Source of the DNA: the human T2T-CHM13v2.0 reference genome, Homo sapiens
Length of the DNA: 64,000 nt
NCBI RefSeq assembly: GCF_009914755.1
Contig: NC_060933.1
Direction: 5' to 3' (one strand)
The notes under the pieces were generated by a model that made no database searches, was not told the DNA's origin, and worked only from the letters and a program-made list of their open reading frames with translations. Both the position numbers and the translations under genes were made by a program. This document shows positions 63,059 through 64,000 of this stretch, piece after piece (position 1 is the stretch's first letter; each line of letters begins with the position of its first letter).

Positions 63059-64000
63059 TAAAGATTTTTATAATGATTTTTGCTTTTATCAGGTTAAATA
63101 TGTGACTTAATATTTTTAAGGGGTACAATAAACTCCAGTATGAGACAAAAAAGGCTTTAAAAATTAAGATAACGCATCATGGGGCTCAATAAGGATGATC
63201 TATATTTTGGAACCAGATGTTTTCCTACACCAATAAACTCTTTTCACGTTAGAAAAACCCTGAAAAAAATCTGTAATTCCCAGTGCAGAAGATAAGGGTC
63301 ACAACTCATAGTTGGTTCTAATAATAAACTAAACATTATTTGTCACTTGGGTTTTCTCATCTACCTTCCCACTCTCCAAACCCAGGTGTTCCTTATGGGG
63401 AATAAACAAAGAATCCATGAAAAATAGATAACTGCATTAAAAATTCAGGGATAGAGCCTTAATAACACATATATACTAGGTCCTAGGTATTACCCATTTC
63501 AGACTTTTTTTTTCCAGTTTTTGTTTTGAATCTAAAATTAACTCCTTTTTCCATGTATGCTGACACAGAAAGAAACAGAAAAGTGAGGCAATAATTGAGA
63601 AAACTAAAGCAAAATAAGGAATTGTCTCTAAAATAAAATTTAGGAACAACTTACTCAGGTTTGTTTATTTAGTCTGTTTCTTCTTTAACCCACTGGGTTA
63701 TTTCTCCATTTTCTACTTTTTTGCAAACAATACCTAGCATACAATAACTTTTATAGGTTTTCTTCATCCAGAACACTAAGCCCCCTAATGTGCTTAAACT
63801 CAAAATCTGTACCTTCACACTCTATCCCTCTGTTCTTCTTTGCCTGTATAATATCTATACTATAATATCTGGCCACCAGGGACAACTGAATATATGGCAT
63901 TATCATTCAAATCACTTTGCCTTCCCGATTTTTCTATTTCTAGGTTTCTCTAGTCAATCTAGGCTCGTTTCCCATCACCCCTTCTTTTCTTTCTGATCCA

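Noticed and set aside
63648-63740. Exon-like segment on the minus strand (ag...gtaagt) in the ZNG1A intron
   Set aside because: Weak polypyrimidine tract, stop codons, no match to ZNG1 protein

Overview
Human genomic DNA, most consistent with the 9p24.3 subtelomeric copy of the PGM5-FOXD4-CBWD/ZNG1 segmental duplication. Left to right: intron 1 and a heavily mutated exon 1/CpG island of a PGM5 pseudogene (minus strand, PGM5P3-like); about 30 kb of repeat-rich intergenic DNA (Alu, L1, MIR/L2, MLT, MER, a compact SVA with TSDs, a CCAAT-bearing 56-bp tandem repeat); a 4.9-kb SATR-type satellite in fold-back arrangement around an AT-rich core; an orphan CpG island; the intronless FOXD4 gene (439 aa, minus); and the last four coding exons of ZNG1A/CBWD1 (minus). 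The long ZNG1A intron holds an L1PB and a 196-bp, apparently very recent MT-CO1 NUMT with an A8 tail. No prokaryotic-type system (CRISPR etc.) is present. The strongest signals are (i) clustered, almost one-directional A/T-to-G/C substitution in the PGM5 pseudo-exon, in a patch of the L1, and apparently in the FOXD4/ZNG1A proteins, suggesting GC-biased gene conversion; (ii) the A-tailed NUMT; (iii) the hairpin-built fold-back satellite; (iv) a double frameshift in FOXD4 that skips the eh1 motif. Comparisons to PGM5, paralogs, mtDNA and repeat consensus sequences are from memory and need alignment. Repeat subfamily calls and boundaries are approximate.
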